The notes beneath the pieces were generated by a model that made no database searches, had not been told where the DNA came from, and saw nothing but the letters and a program-made list of their open reading frames with translations. A DNA stretch of 64,000 nucleotides from Candidatus Micrarchaeota archaeon (GTDB lineage: Archaea > Micrarchaeota > Micrarchaeia > Anstonellales > Bilamarchaeaceae), in NCBI GenBank assembly GCA_022627495.1, contig JAKEGJ010000029.1, forward strand, positions 42,408-106,407, given 5' to 3'. The translations under genes were made by a program, and so were the position numbers. Positions 46,447-56,187 of this stretch are shown in pieces. Position 1 is the stretch's first letter; each line of letters starts with the position of its first letter.

Positions 46447-47187
46447 TCAACCATACATCGAGCCGCCTTCGCTGGCGCCCGGCCCCTTCTTCCTCGTAAT
46501 GCGCGACTTGAGGACGGATTCCCTTATGTCCTTGGAGTATTCCTCGGCCTCCTTCTCAAGTTTCGCGGTGTTGATTTGGACGCCGGTTATCCGGGCGAGC
46601 ACCTTCAGGACGTTCGAAGCGGCCTTCGGGTCCAGGTACTCTTCGGAGGATTCGGCGAGGATGGTAGTCACGGGGAAGTGGTCCAGGGCGCCTTTTGCGA
46701 GCAGGATGCCCGTCACGCCGGTGGTCGCCCCCTCCTTGATCGGCTTGGCGATTTTCTTGGCTATTACGTCCTTCACCACCTCGGGGTCGCTCGAGACCAC
46801 GAAAACGCCCTTCTTCTCCTCCTGGAGCGATATGCCCCCGAGGGAGATTATGCTCGATGCGCCGACGGATTTGGCGAACTCGTAAATCTTGTCGGCCACG
46901 TCCTGGGAGGAGCCGATGGGTATCGTCATCTCGGAGATGATGACCAGCATGTTCATCTTCTCGGAGTAATGGATGCGCGCGGCCGGCATGGGCTTATAAT
47001 CATGGATGGCTGCCAGGGGCGCGAACTCGGCGCTGGAGATGTACCCTCCGAAATCCATCTGCAGCGATTCGACAATCTGCGATGCGGCGACGCTCCCGAC
47101 GAGGCCGGTGCCCGGGAATCCCATGACCAGAGTCGGCTTGCGAAGTTTCTTCAAATCGGCAGTCCTGTGGATTTCTACGTCGCCCAT
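46447..47187 (-). CDS. PAC2-family proteasome assembly chaperone
   Basis: GFPGTGLVGS, IISLGG, GVTGILL and DPKAA motifs. Start reassigned to 47187. Confidence 0.88.
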   Translation of the reverse strand: MGDVEIHRTADLKKLRKPTLVMGFPGTGLVGSVAASQIVESLQMDFGGYISSAEFAPLAAIHDYKPMPAARIHYSEKMNMLVIISEMTIPIGSSQDVADKIYEFAKSVGASSIISLGGISLQEEKKGVFVVSSDPEVVKDVIAKKIAKPIKEGATTGVTGILLAKGALDHFPVTTILAESSEEYLDPKAASNVLKVLARITGVQINTAKLEKEAEEYSKDIRESVLKSRITRKKGPGASEGGSMYG

Positions 47188-47242
47188 ACGCCAATATGGG
47201 TTGCTATATGCTTTTATACTATTCGCATCTAATCCGGAATCT

Positions 47243-47410
47243 ATGTCAGTGAAGCAGGAAAAAGTCTCGATGCCGATGGCTTCGGCGGGCATAATCGGTT
47301 TCTCGCCCGACATGAAAATCAGCGGCATGGAAATCGACCCTAAATTCCTGGTCGTGGCCATTGCGGCAATCGTGGTCATCGTGCACGTCGCGAACTTCGC
47401 GACGCTTTAG
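47243..47410 (+). CDS. secG: Preprotein translocase subunit Sec61-beta/SecG
   Basis: PMASAGIIGF...IDPKFLV followed by one TM helix. Confidence 0.85.
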   Translation: MSVKQEKVSMPMASAGIIGFSPDMKISGMEIDPKFLVVAIAAIVVIVHVANFATL

Positions 47411-48515
47411 CGACAAGCTCCCTAATCCTGACCGCGCGCGAATCCCGCATCTTCTCTTCCGCCAGCACCAGCACCCTCATGCGGTCCTCCTCGGCATCCT
47501 TCAGGGACTGCACGATTTTCGAAAGCCTCATAATCGGCACAAGTCCTTCATCGGTATTTACCTTGAACTCCACCGGCCTGAAGAACCTGCGGGGGTAATC
47601 AATCAGGATGTCGCAGCCGGCTTCCCTGGAAAGCGCGCCTTCAAGCCGCCTCGCCCGCTCCTCGCCCCAGCCCTCCTTCTGGAGCGAACCCACTTCCTTG
47701 TAGAGCTTCCTCAGGATGAGGGCCCTGGCATACGGCCCCCCCTTTTTTGAACACGCAATCGCGGCGAGCGCCCCCTCGTCGTCCATCGACGCAAGCGCTT
47801 CCGGGGAGCACGTGCCGTCGGATATCGCCCCCTCCATCGCGCGGTAAAGCATGGCCGTCGCAATCCGCACGGTGCGGTGGAGATAGACCGTGGAGAACAT
47901 CATGAAGCGGGCAATCAGCATGTACTCCGCCGCTTCCAGCCCTCCCTTCCCGATGCACAGCTCGTCGTCCTTCATCGCCAGGGTGTGGACGATGCGGTCG
48001 ATGTCGATTATCCCGTATGCGACGCCTGTGTTCAGCGCGTCCCTTTTCAAATAATCCATGCGGTCGGCGCCCAAATCCGAAGTGATTATGCTGCCATAAG
48101 GCGATTCGCCTATGCCGGCTATCTCCGCCGGCCTGTAGCATTCGGAGAGGATGTCCGCAATCTCGCCCCTGCATACCATGCGCTTCCCGAGGGCCTCGTG
48201 GTTCCCAACGTGCCTCTCCAGCACATCCTCGCCTTCATGCGAGAATGGCGTGTGGCCGATGTCATGGAGCAGGCCGTAAATCTTCACCTTGCGGACTTCA
48301 TCATCGTCGAGGCCTATTTTGCGGGCAATCAGGGCTGACAGGTGCGCGGTGCCAATCGAATGCTCGAAACGGGTGTGGTTGGCGCCGGGATAGACGAGGT
48401 TCGTGACCGACATCTGCTTTATCCTTCGCAGGCGCTGGAACGGGGGGCTGTCTATCACCCTGGCCTCGAGATCATCGAAGCTGACGGTTCCGTGTATCTC
48501 GTCCTTGATTATCAT
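47376..48515 (-). CDS. HD-domain phosphohydrolase (SAMHD1/YwfO-like)
   Basis: IKDEIHG, FQRLRRIKQ, HTRFEHSIG, LLHDIGHTPFSH and DRMDYL.RD motifs. Confidence 0.9.
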   Translation of the reverse strand: MIIKDEIHGTVSFDDLEARVIDSPPFQRLRRIKQMSVTNLVYPGANHTRFEHSIGTAHLSALIARKIGLDDDEVRKVKIYGLLHDIGHTPFSHEGEDVLERHVGNHEALGKRMVCRGEIADILSECYRPAEIAGIGESPYGSIITSDLGADRMDYLKRDALNTGVAYGIIDIDRIVHTLAMKDDELCIGKGGLEAAEYMLIARFMMFSTVYLHRTVRIATAMLYRAMEGAISDGTCSPEALASMDDEGALAAIACSKKGGPYARALILRKLYKEVGSLQKEGWGEERARRLEGALSREAGCDILIDYPRRFFRPVEFKVNTDEGLVPIMRLSKIVQSLKDAEEDRMRVLVLAEEKMRDSRAVRIRELVAKASRSSRRAR

Positions 48516-48546
48516 CGGACCAACCTGGGTACGGGCAAGCGCCGTT

Positions 48547-49359
48547 TTACACCGGGGCGAAGACGCCCCTCTTCTTCTCCACCAAATCGCCGTTTTCAGC
48601 CATGAGCCGGAGCACTGCAAGGCATCCTTCCGCATCCAGCTTGGTTGCGGAAGCGATCGAAGGCGCATCCATCTCGTCCTTGAGCACCGCGTTTATCTCG
48701 GCCTGCGCCTTTGTGAAAAAGTTTCTTGTCACTATGTAGAATTTTCCGTCGAAGCCCTTGACGCCCACGACCTCGCCGCTCTTCATCTGGCCCCCCAGCT
48801 GCTCTGAGAGCGTCATCGCCTCGCGCTTGTCCTGGACTATGATGAATCCGCGGCTGTGGAGGATGCCGAGGGTTCCAGTGGCGCTTGCGGCCCTCCTGCT
48901 TCCCCCCGTGTCCGCCTCCTTCTGAGCGGGTGCCACGGCAGCCTGCGCATCCCCTTTCGGATAAATGAGGGCGTATGTGCTGTCGCTAATGTTATAGACG
49001 CCGTCCTTGTACTTGTTGCCGCGGAAGACGTTGACCAGGCCCCTCTGCACCAGCTCGCCCAAGGTGGCCATCTCGCTCCCGGACAAGGCCCCGCCCACAT
49101 GGGCCGGGGTGCGATTCTCGAAACGAATCGAAAGCAGTTTTTTCAGGACCGCTCTTTCCCCTTCGCCAAGAACGCCGTGTTCCTGCTGCCGTCCCTCTGC
49201 GCGTTCCGTCCGGCCCGCCTGCTGGCCTAGCGGAACCGATATGAGGTAATACCCCTCTTTCAGCTGGAAAATCTCGAGTTCGGCCTCGCCGGAGATGTCC
49301 GGGGGGAGCTCGATATATGCCTTCTCCTGCCTTCGAAGGACGCGGGCCTTTGCCATCAC
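48547..49359 (-). CDS. Hypothetical protein with AbrB-like N-terminus and wHTH-like C-terminus
   Basis: AYIELP near the N-terminus and L..MAENGDLVEKKRG at the C-terminus. Confidence 0.6.
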   Translation of the reverse strand: MMAKARVLRRQEKAYIELPPDISGEAELEIFQLKEGYYLISVPLGQQAGRTERAEGRQQEHGVLGEGERAVLKKLLSIRFENRTPAHVGGALSGSEMATLGELVQRGLVNVFRGNKYKDGVYNISDSTYALIYPKGDAQAAVAPAQKEADTGGSRRAASATGTLGILHSRGFIIVQDKREAMTLSEQLGGQMKSGEVVGVKGFDGKFYIVTRNFFTKAQAEINAVLKDEMDAPSIASATKLDAEGCLAVLRLMAENGDLVEKKRGVFAPV

Positions 49360-49369
49360 AGAAGTTCTG

Positions 49370-50533
49370 TCAGGCCTGGTTTATATTAGTAGTGGGGGAT
49401 GATTTGGGCTTCTGCACTGGCGGAGGCGGCTTGGAATAGCGCGGGGGCGGGAAGGTGACGTCCAGCAACTCGACTTTTCCGCCCCTGATGCATGATAACG
49501 CCTCGGATGCAAGCGCGCCGGTCGCGCTCCCCTCTCCCAGCCGGACCACGATGCGTTCGAGAATTTCTTCGATGCGGTCGCTTCCCATCTTCTGGAGGCC
49601 GGCCGCCGCGTCCTCCCTGGCCTTAGCGCTCCCGTGCGTAAGTGCGTGGAGAAGCGCATTCTCGACATTCCTTGTGATGAGCCTGATGCTGTGCGCGTCC
49701 AGGATCTCCCCCATCGGGCCAGGGGTGGCTCCGTAAGAAGCGAGCTGCCTGACCGCAATAAGCATGTCGGCCTCGGCCGCTTTCGGGGAATATACCGTTT
49801 CGACCGCGCTGAATACGCATTCGATATACATGCACTGCGGCGCGGTCGTATCCGGATATACCGTTTCGAGCAGGAATTCCCGGTCGGCTTTCGCCCCTTC
49901 CAGCTCGTCCTTTACCCTTATTGGGCCGATGCTCTCGCCGGCCACGCATTTCACCTGGTCCCCGAATCCGTTGCGGATTATGGAAACGAGCTCTCCCTTG
50001 ACCTCCGGGCTGTCTATCAGCCTGAGCGCCTCAATCATGAAAATGACGTTCTGCTCGAGCGCCTCGCTCGTCATGCCGCAGGTCCTGCCGCTATGAATCG
50101 CGGACTCGGTTTCATGGATGGCCCTGATTAGGCATCTCTTGGCGGTCTCGACGAACCACGGCTTGTCGAATGCCTTGCTTTCGATTTCGTTTTTTCCTAT
50201 CTTGACCACTGCAGCTCCTATGCCGATAATGGCGATGTACGCGCTGGGAGTCACGGGGTATGCCGCAAGCATGAACAGCTTCTCATACATGTCGCGCGAT
50301 TCCGGGTTCTGGCTCGTGTCGCAGAGCCTGATTCCAGTGTCGACGAGCCCCCCATGGTCGCCTTTGTTCTCCATTATGGCCTCGATAAGGGCCTTCCAGG
50401 CGCCTTCAATCTCAGGCTGCGACACGGATTTGTTCGCTACCATCCTTTTCAGCTCCGCGAGGGCTGCCTTGTCGCCTTCTGCGAGTTTTTGGAACGTTTC
50501 AATGGATATCATATGGTTTTGCCCCTGGGACAT
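49370..50533 (-). CDS. Hypothetical helical (HEAT-like) protein
   Basis: AREDAAAGLQKMG HEAT-like unit and a Pro-rich tail. Confidence 0.6.
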   Translation of the reverse strand: MSQGQNHMISIETFQKLAEGDKAALAELKRMVANKSVSQPEIEGAWKALIEAIMENKGDHGGLVDTGIRLCDTSQNPESRDMYEKLFMLAAYPVTPSAYIAIIGIGAAVVKIGKNEIESKAFDKPWFVETAKRCLIRAIHETESAIHSGRTCGMTSEALEQNVIFMIEALRLIDSPEVKGELVSIIRNGFGDQVKCVAGESIGPIRVKDELEGAKADREFLLETVYPDTTAPQCMYIECVFSAVETVYSPKAAEADMLIAVRQLASYGATPGPMGEILDAHSIRLITRNVENALLHALTHGSAKAREDAAAGLQKMGSDRIEEILERIVVRLGEGSATGALASEALSCIRGGKVELLDVTFPPPRYSKPPPPVQKPKSSPTTNINQA

Positions 50534-50688
50534 CTTGTATGTGTGTGTTAATATATGGTTTTTCGTATATTTAAAGCTATCGATTCCGCGTATTACCCGG
50601 GCTGGGCTGGTTGTTTTTCAATCTGGGTAAGGGGAATCCGTGTTACTGCTTTTGCTATTTCAAGTATTTAAACATTTCGTTGATTGCC

Positions 50689-50783
50689 GTTTTTTTGTTG
50701 AATGCAGGCCTACCGGTTTTTTGTTGAATGCGGGGCTACCGCCCCGCAGTTTTTTTTATTGAGTGCGAGCCTACCGGCTCGCA
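50689..50783. repeat. Three tandem REP-like units (T-tract, TTGA.TGC, stem-TACC-stem)
   Basis: TGCAGGCC-TACC-GG (truncated), TGCGGGGC-TACC-GCCCCGCA and TGCGAGCC-TACC-GGCTCGCA. Confidence 0.7.
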
Positions 50784-50852
50784 GACGCAAAGGCGTCTTC
50801 CCTAGCCCTCCGTACTGGCGTTTTTTAAATCCTTGACGCCGATAGATTGCGC

Positions 50853-52163
50853 ATGGCGATTTCTCCATTCGAAGAGAGGTACCGGACAGAGATGAATGCT
50901 GTTTTTGACGACGCGACGAAGCTCCGCAAATGGATGGCTGTCGAGGTCGCCCTCGCCAAAGCCCATGCGTCATTGGGCCACATACCCAAGGATGCGCCGG
51001 CGAAGATTGAGGAAGCCGCGGGCAAGGTGAAGCATGAGCGCGTGCTGGAGATAGAGGCCCAAATCCACCATGACCTGATGGCGATGGTGAAAGCGCTTTC
51101 GGAGGAGGCCGGGGAAGCCGGAAAGTACGTCCATCTGGGAGCGACCAGCTATGACATCGAAGATACCGCCACGGCACTGATTTTCATAGATGGCATCGCC
51201 ATGCTCGAGAAGCGCCTGGGCGTCCTCGCGTCAGTCCTCAAGAAGCTCGCACTGGAGCACAAGGGGACGGTATGCATCGGCCGCACGCACGGCCAGCATG
51301 CGGTGCCCACGACCTACGGGATGAAATTCGCCCTGTATTACCAGGAGCTCAAGCGCGACCTTGAGCGGCTGGATGAAGCCAAGCGGCGCATATCGGTCGG
51401 GAAGATGTCCGGCGCGGTCGGCACCATGGCGACATTCGGGAAAGACGGCCCGAAGATGCAGAAACTGGTCATGAAGGAGCTCGGCCTGGGCGAGGACCCG
51501 ATCACCAACCAGGTCGTCCAGCGCGACCGGCATGCCGAAGCGCTCTGCGCAATCGCGCTATCCGGCGCGCTCCTGGAGAAAATCGCAAAGGAAATCCGCA
51601 ACCTGCAACGGAGCGAGATTGGGGAGGTTTCCGAGCCCTTTTCGGCAAAGCAGGTGGGCTCCTCCACCATGCCGCAGAAGCGCAACCCGCACAAGTGCGA
51701 GCGCGTCTGCTCCCTTGCGCGCCTTCTCCGGGCCAATGTCCTGACGGCCATTGAAAACATATCGCTCGAGCACGAGCGCGACCTCACCAACAGCGCGAAC
51801 GAGCGTGCGATATTCGGCGAAAGCTTCATATGCCTCGATTACATGGCTCTCGAAATGACCAAAATACTCGACGGCCTGGTGTTCTACCCGGACAACATCA
51901 AGAGGGACCTGGAATTGACGCAGGGCCTTGTGATGAGCGAGCGCATAATGATACGCCTGGTCGAAAGCGGCAGGCTGGGGCGGCAGGAGGCCCACGAGGC
52001 GGTCCGCCAGATGGCCCAGGAGGCCTTCACAAAAAAACGCCACATGAAGGAGCTGGCAGTCGGGCGCAAGCTCCTCTCCAAGGCGGAGGCGGACGAGCTC
52101 TTCGACTATACTACGTATGTCGGCCAGGCCAAGCGGATTGTGGAGGATGCGGTCCGGGATTGA
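50853..52163 (+). CDS. purB: Adenylosuccinate lyase
   Basis: ISPFEERY, HLGATSYD, GRTHGQHA and GSSTMPQKRNP signature. Confidence 0.96.
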   Translation: MAISPFEERYRTEMNAVFDDATKLRKWMAVEVALAKAHASLGHIPKDAPAKIEEAAGKVKHERVLEIEAQIHHDLMAMVKALSEEAGEAGKYVHLGATSYDIEDTATALIFIDGIAMLEKRLGVLASVLKKLALEHKGTVCIGRTHGQHAVPTTYGMKFALYYQELKRDLERLDEAKRRISVGKMSGAVGTMATFGKDGPKMQKLVMKELGLGEDPITNQVVQRDRHAEALCAIALSGALLEKIAKEIRNLQRSEIGEVSEPFSAKQVGSSTMPQKRNPHKCERVCSLARLLRANVLTAIENISLEHERDLTNSANERAIFGESFICLDYMALEMTKILDGLVFYPDNIKRDLELTQGLVMSERIMIRLVESGRLGRQEAHEAVRQMAQEAFTKKRHMKELAVGRKLLSKAEADELFDYTTYVGQAKRIVEDAVRD

Positions 52164-52292
52164 CGGCATCCGCCCCCGCGGCCAACCAACCCCCCCAGAC
52201 TGCGCGGCGCCTTGTCCGTCGTCGTAAGGTCAATCGTGCGGTTTATATACCCTTTCCTGATTATCATAACAGACCATCCTGAGGTATGTCAT

Positions 52293-53102
52293 ATGGCTAC
52301 ACCGGCGAAGACTTACACCATGGCCGCCATCGCGGTCGGATTCATCGGGGCTCTTTTCGCCCTAATAGGCGGGGGCGGCCTTCTCTCGCTCGTCGGCGCC
52401 CTACTCTGCTTCCTGGGCTCGGTGCTCGGAGTCCTTTTCTGGAGATACGGCTACATCATGATCCCCCTGATCACCGAGAGGACCAAAATCGTGATGATGT
52501 CGGATCTGGGCTATGAAATCCCCCCGACGCAGGACGTCGTGCTGAAGAGCTCCGGCGGCATCTTTTACGCCTCGGCATTCCTGGGCCTCAAGATATTCGA
52601 ATCCGCGACGGAAAAGACCAACGAGGAGACGATGTCATACAACCAGTTCTTCGAGCGCGCGATATCCAACATCAAATACGTCACCAAGATAGCATACCTC
52701 CTTTACGTCGAAGATGTCGGCGAGAAGAGAAAACTCATAGAGACAAAGCGCGCTGAAGGCCAGCTCCGGCTCGCCCGCGAGCGGGACAAGGGCCAGCCCG
52801 ACGTCCTCAAGATCGACCGGCTCGAGCGCGAAGTGGCGATATGGGACAACCAGCTCACAAAGCTGATCAAAGGCGTGAAGCCGATGGGCGTGATAGCATA
52901 CGCGCAGACGACTGCGGTCGGGCTGAGCAAGGATGCCGCCATGGCAGGCGCGCGCTCCCAGGCGAACGAGCTCAAGACCGTCCTCGCCAATGCCCTCAAC
53001 GTGGAGGTCGTGAACCTCACGGGCGACGAGATGCTCAAATGCTTTGAGTGGGAAAAGTTCTTCCCCATGACCGCGCAGGAAATGGAGGAGAGCGTGATCT
53101 GA
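52293..53102 (+). CDS. Membrane protein coupled to the VirB4-like ATPase
   Basis: Two N-terminal TM helices and a coiled coil. TGATG overlap with the ATPase. Confidence 0.7.
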   Translation: MATPAKTYTMAAIAVGFIGALFALIGGGGLLSLVGALLCFLGSVLGVLFWRYGYIMIPLITERTKIVMMSDLGYEIPPTQDVVLKSSGGIFYASAFLGLKIFESATEKTNEETMSYNQFFERAISNIKYVTKIAYLLYVEDVGEKRKLIETKRAEGQLRLARERDKGQPDVLKIDRLEREVAIWDNQLTKLIKGVKPMGVIAYAQTTAVGLSKDAAMAGARSQANELKTVLANALNVEVVNLTGDEMLKCFEWEKFFPMTAQEMEESVI

Positions 53103-54685
53103 TGGCGATTGGCGGAAAGCTGAGGCTTATAAAGCTGTCAAATTCATCCATATCCAGGCGCAACCTGCTGGTGCATCCGCCAGAGCCGCCCATGGAAGTG
53201 CTCTTCGCCGACCCCACGGACTCGATATTCATCGGCAGGACCAAGATATTCAGCATGCCCTTCTACTGGAGCTTCCAGAACGTCGCGAACCCGCACATCG
53301 CGATTGTCGGCATATCCGGTTCGGGAAAGTCCTATTTCATCAAGACCTTCCTGCTCCGCGCGGCCTTCGTCTGGAACAGCAACGCCCTCATCATCGACTG
53401 GGCCGGAGAGTACAAGGACTGGGTCAAGCAGAGCGGCGGCAAGATCGTGTCGCTCGGCAAGGGCTCGTACCTGAACCTCCTCGATTTGGGCGGCATGAAG
53501 CCCTACGACCGCATCAAGCAGGTCATGCGCACGATGGAGCTCCTTACCGACATCACGAACTACCCCGAGCAGAGGCGCCTCACCGAGCAGGCGATTGAGA
53601 AGGTCTACCTGGAGAACAAGTTCAGGATGGACGCCCGGGAGCAGAAGGACGAACTGGGCAAGCCCCTGAACCCCCCGACGCTAAAAGACGTCGTCCGCGT
53701 CCTTACCGAGCAGTCCCAGGTGGGGACGTACGAATTCCCGGCGGAACTGGAGAACGCGATTTACCGCCTCAAGCAGTTCACCAAGCCCGGAGAGGACTTC
53801 TTCGCCCAGCAGAGCACGGTGAGCCTCGACGAACTCATCACATCCGGCCTTGTCGACATGGACCTTGCCGGCCTCCCGGACGAGACCTCGCGCGCCCTTG
53901 CGGCGCTGACGATACTCCAGTTCATAAAGGAGAAGATGAGGCTTGAAGGCTGGTCGTATTCCAAGGGCCTGAAGCTGCTGATCGTCCTGGACGAGGCCTG
54001 GAAGATAGGCAAGGACGAGAACTCGGACGCGGTCATGATAGTCCGCGAAGGCCGCAAGTACAATTTCGCCATGATTATCGCGTCGCAGAACCCGACGGAC
54101 ATCAGCGAGGCGATATTCTCCAACGTCGGCACCACGTTCATGCTGAAAGTCAAGTTCGAGAAGTTCCTGGATTATCTGCAGGGCTCTCTGAACTTCAGCA
54201 ACTTCATGCGGGACGAGATATCTCGCCTCGGCGTGGGGCAGTGCGCGGTCAACATGTCGCTCACCCTGCCAACGCCGTACCCGTCGACTTTCCTTATCGA
54301 GAAGATTGAGGGCGAGGAGCCGAGCAAGGAGTTCTTCCTCGACCTGGCAGGCGTGCTCACAGACAAGCAGAGGAGGGATGTTGCAGTGTCAAGAAGCGTT
54401 TCGTTCCTTAAGGAGGATTTCAGGAGGAAGCTTAGGCAGTTCGGCATGACCGATGAGAAAATCGAGGACCTCACGAAGACTTTCGACAAGTCGAACCGGC
54501 GCATGGACGTCGTCTCGTTCGTGATTACCCTCGAGCGCGACGGCATAGCGCGCAGGAACATCGGCGACTTCCTAAAAGACGCCGGCATAGACGACGTGAC
54601 GATAATCAACATCTTCGGAAAGGTGGACCTCAAGAAGAGCGGCGGCGTAGGCCGCGAGATAAGCCAGGTAGTCCTGGAGGAGTGA
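53102..54685 (+). CDS. VirB4/HerA-like (DUF87) ATPase
   Basis: NPHIAIVGISGSGKS, IIDWAGEY, LDEAW, REGRKY and ASQ motifs. Confidence 0.88.
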   Translation: MAIGGKLRLIKLSNSSISRRNLLVHPPEPPMEVLFADPTDSIFIGRTKIFSMPFYWSFQNVANPHIAIVGISGSGKSYFIKTFLLRAAFVWNSNALIIDWAGEYKDWVKQSGGKIVSLGKGSYLNLLDLGGMKPYDRIKQVMRTMELLTDITNYPEQRRLTEQAIEKVYLENKFRMDAREQKDELGKPLNPPTLKDVVRVLTEQSQVGTYEFPAELENAIYRLKQFTKPGEDFFAQQSTVSLDELITSGLVDMDLAGLPDETSRALAALTILQFIKEKMRLEGWSYSKGLKLLIVLDEAWKIGKDENSDAVMIVREGRKYNFAMIIASQNPTDISEAIFSNVGTTFMLKVKFEKFLDYLQGSLNFSNFMRDEISRLGVGQCAVNMSLTLPTPYPSTFLIEKIEGEEPSKEFFLDLAGVLTDKQRRDVAVSRSVSFLKEDFRRKLRQFGMTDEKIEDLTKTFDKSNRRMDVVSFVITLERDGIARRNIGDFLKDAGIDDVTIINIFGKVDLKKSGGVGREISQVVLEE

Positions 54686-54699
54686 GGGGGTAGATTCAA

Positions 54700-55350
54700 G
54701 TGGCTTTGAAGGATGAGGCTGCAGCGGGGCCGAAAAGGATGTGCGTGTCCTGCCAGACTGATGTGTCGGGCAGGCGGGCCCTTCCCGTGAAGGAAGACCG
54801 CATAATACGGGCAATCCGGGCGGTCAAAAAGGCCCTCGGCATAGCGCAGATGAACGAGCTTTACGTGTGCGAAGCCTGCCTGCCGAAGCACAACGAGCGC
54901 AGGCGCTCGTTCGAGAAGACGCTCCTTTTCGCCAGCGTGCTTGCCGGCATCATGCTCATCCTCCTCATCCTGGTCCCGATGCTCTCAGGGCGCTTCGAGG
55001 CCTGGGCGATACTCTCGGGATTCGTGGTGGCGGGCTTCATAGTGCTCGTCCCGATAATGTTCAAGTACGTGCCGGCCGTGGCCGGCGTCAGCTCGACGGC
55101 ATACCCGTCTTCGGTCCGCTGGGCCCCGCCGATTCCCCAGGCGCAACCCGGGGCGGCAACCCCCCCGCCTCCGGAACCGAGGCCTGCTCCTGCCCCGCCA
55201 GTCGAATACAAGAAGGAGCAGCCTTCCGCTCCGCCACCCCGGGCCGCGGTGACGAAGCCCGCCGGAGGGGCCAAAGCGGCCAGGCCGGCCCCCAAGAAAT
55301 CGGAGGGGGCGAAAGATGATCGGAGCTCGAAGAAATCCAGGAAAAAATGA
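54700..55350 (+). CDS. Zinc-finger membrane protein with Pro-rich tail
   Basis: CVSC...CEAC, two TM helices and a Pro/Lys-rich C-terminus. Confidence 0.7.
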   Translation: MALKDEAAAGPKRMCVSCQTDVSGRRALPVKEDRIIRAIRAVKKALGIAQMNELYVCEACLPKHNERRRSFEKTLLFASVLAGIMLILLILVPMLSGRFEAWAILSGFVVAGFIVLVPIMFKYVPAVAGVSSTAYPSSVRWAPPIPQAQPGAATPPPPEPRPAPAPPVEYKKEQPSAPPPRAAVTKPAGGAKAARPAPKKSEGAKDDRSSKKSRKK

Positions 55351-55359
55351 GGTGTTGAC

Positions 55360-56175
55360 ATGCCGCTTCCATTGACGCAACCAAAGAAAGGCGCAAATGC
55401 CCCGGGCGCTCCAGCGTCCCCGGCGCAGGGAGGCCCGGCCGGGGCTTCGGCCAAGGAGGAGATGCACCCGCCGCAGGTCGACGGCTTCAAGATAAAGGGC
55501 AGGCTGGTCAAGGGCAAGCTCAAGGACCTCTCCTCCGTCCTCCGCTCGATATCCTTCCTGGAGCTGGCCCCGGAAAAGGACGTGCTGAATGTCATATATG
55601 TCGAAAGCCGGGACATCGACAAGAATCCCTACCTCTTCTCAATCATCAGGATCAAGGAGGACGAACTGGAAGTGCTTTACACAATCCCATCCGAAATCGG
55701 ACCAAAGAAAAGGAGGGTGGACGTCATCCGCTACCTCCTGAACATCCTGTCCCTGGTTGACTCGTCCTACTCCGTCGACAACAAGACCGTATACCAGCTC
55801 GTCGAGAACGCGATAAAGGAGCTGGCGGGCTCGGTTACGATGGACTACAACAAGCTCTACACCTCCTACGATTCGCTCAAGAAGGAGGTCGACGACCTGA
55901 AGAAGAAAGTGGACCGGCTCACCGAGCAGAACCAGGCGCTGACGTCATCGAATTACGAGCTTAAGACGCAGAACGACGATTTGAGGCTGCGCGTTCAGCA
56001 GCTCGAGGGCCTCTCCGACGACGCGCTCAAGGGGAAGCTCCAGGAGTGGGTCGCTGAGCATAGCGGCACGATGAACATCTCGGAATTCACCAAGGTCTAC
56101 AAGGTCTCCGATGCCAGGGTCGAGGAGATGCTGAACAAGCTGGTCAGCGAAGGGTACCTGGACGTTGTGCAGTAG
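55360..56175 (+). CDS. Coiled-coil protein with C-terminal wHTH-like segment
   Basis: Heptad region LKKEVDDLKKKVDRL, and EEMLNKLVSEGYL at the end. Confidence 0.7.
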   Translation: MPLPLTQPKKGANAPGAPASPAQGGPAGASAKEEMHPPQVDGFKIKGRLVKGKLKDLSSVLRSISFLELAPEKDVLNVIYVESRDIDKNPYLFSIIRIKEDELEVLYTIPSEIGPKKRRVDVIRYLLNILSLVDSSYSVDNKTVYQLVENAIKELAGSVTMDYNKLYTSYDSLKKEVDDLKKKVDRLTEQNQALTSSNYELKTQNDDLRLRVQQLEGLSDDALKGKLQEWVAEHSGTMNISEFTKVYKVSDARVEEMLNKLVSEGYLDVVQ

Positions 56176-56187
56176 GGTTTGTTCCAC

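Noticed and set aside
47188-47379. N-terminal extension of the PAC2 ORF
   Set aside because: Antisense to secG; the PAC2 domain starts at 47187.
50689-50783. Mini-CRISPR interpretation of the three repeats
   Set aside because: The units abut without spacers and vary in the stem; no cas genes are present. No CRISPR array was seen anywhere in the window.
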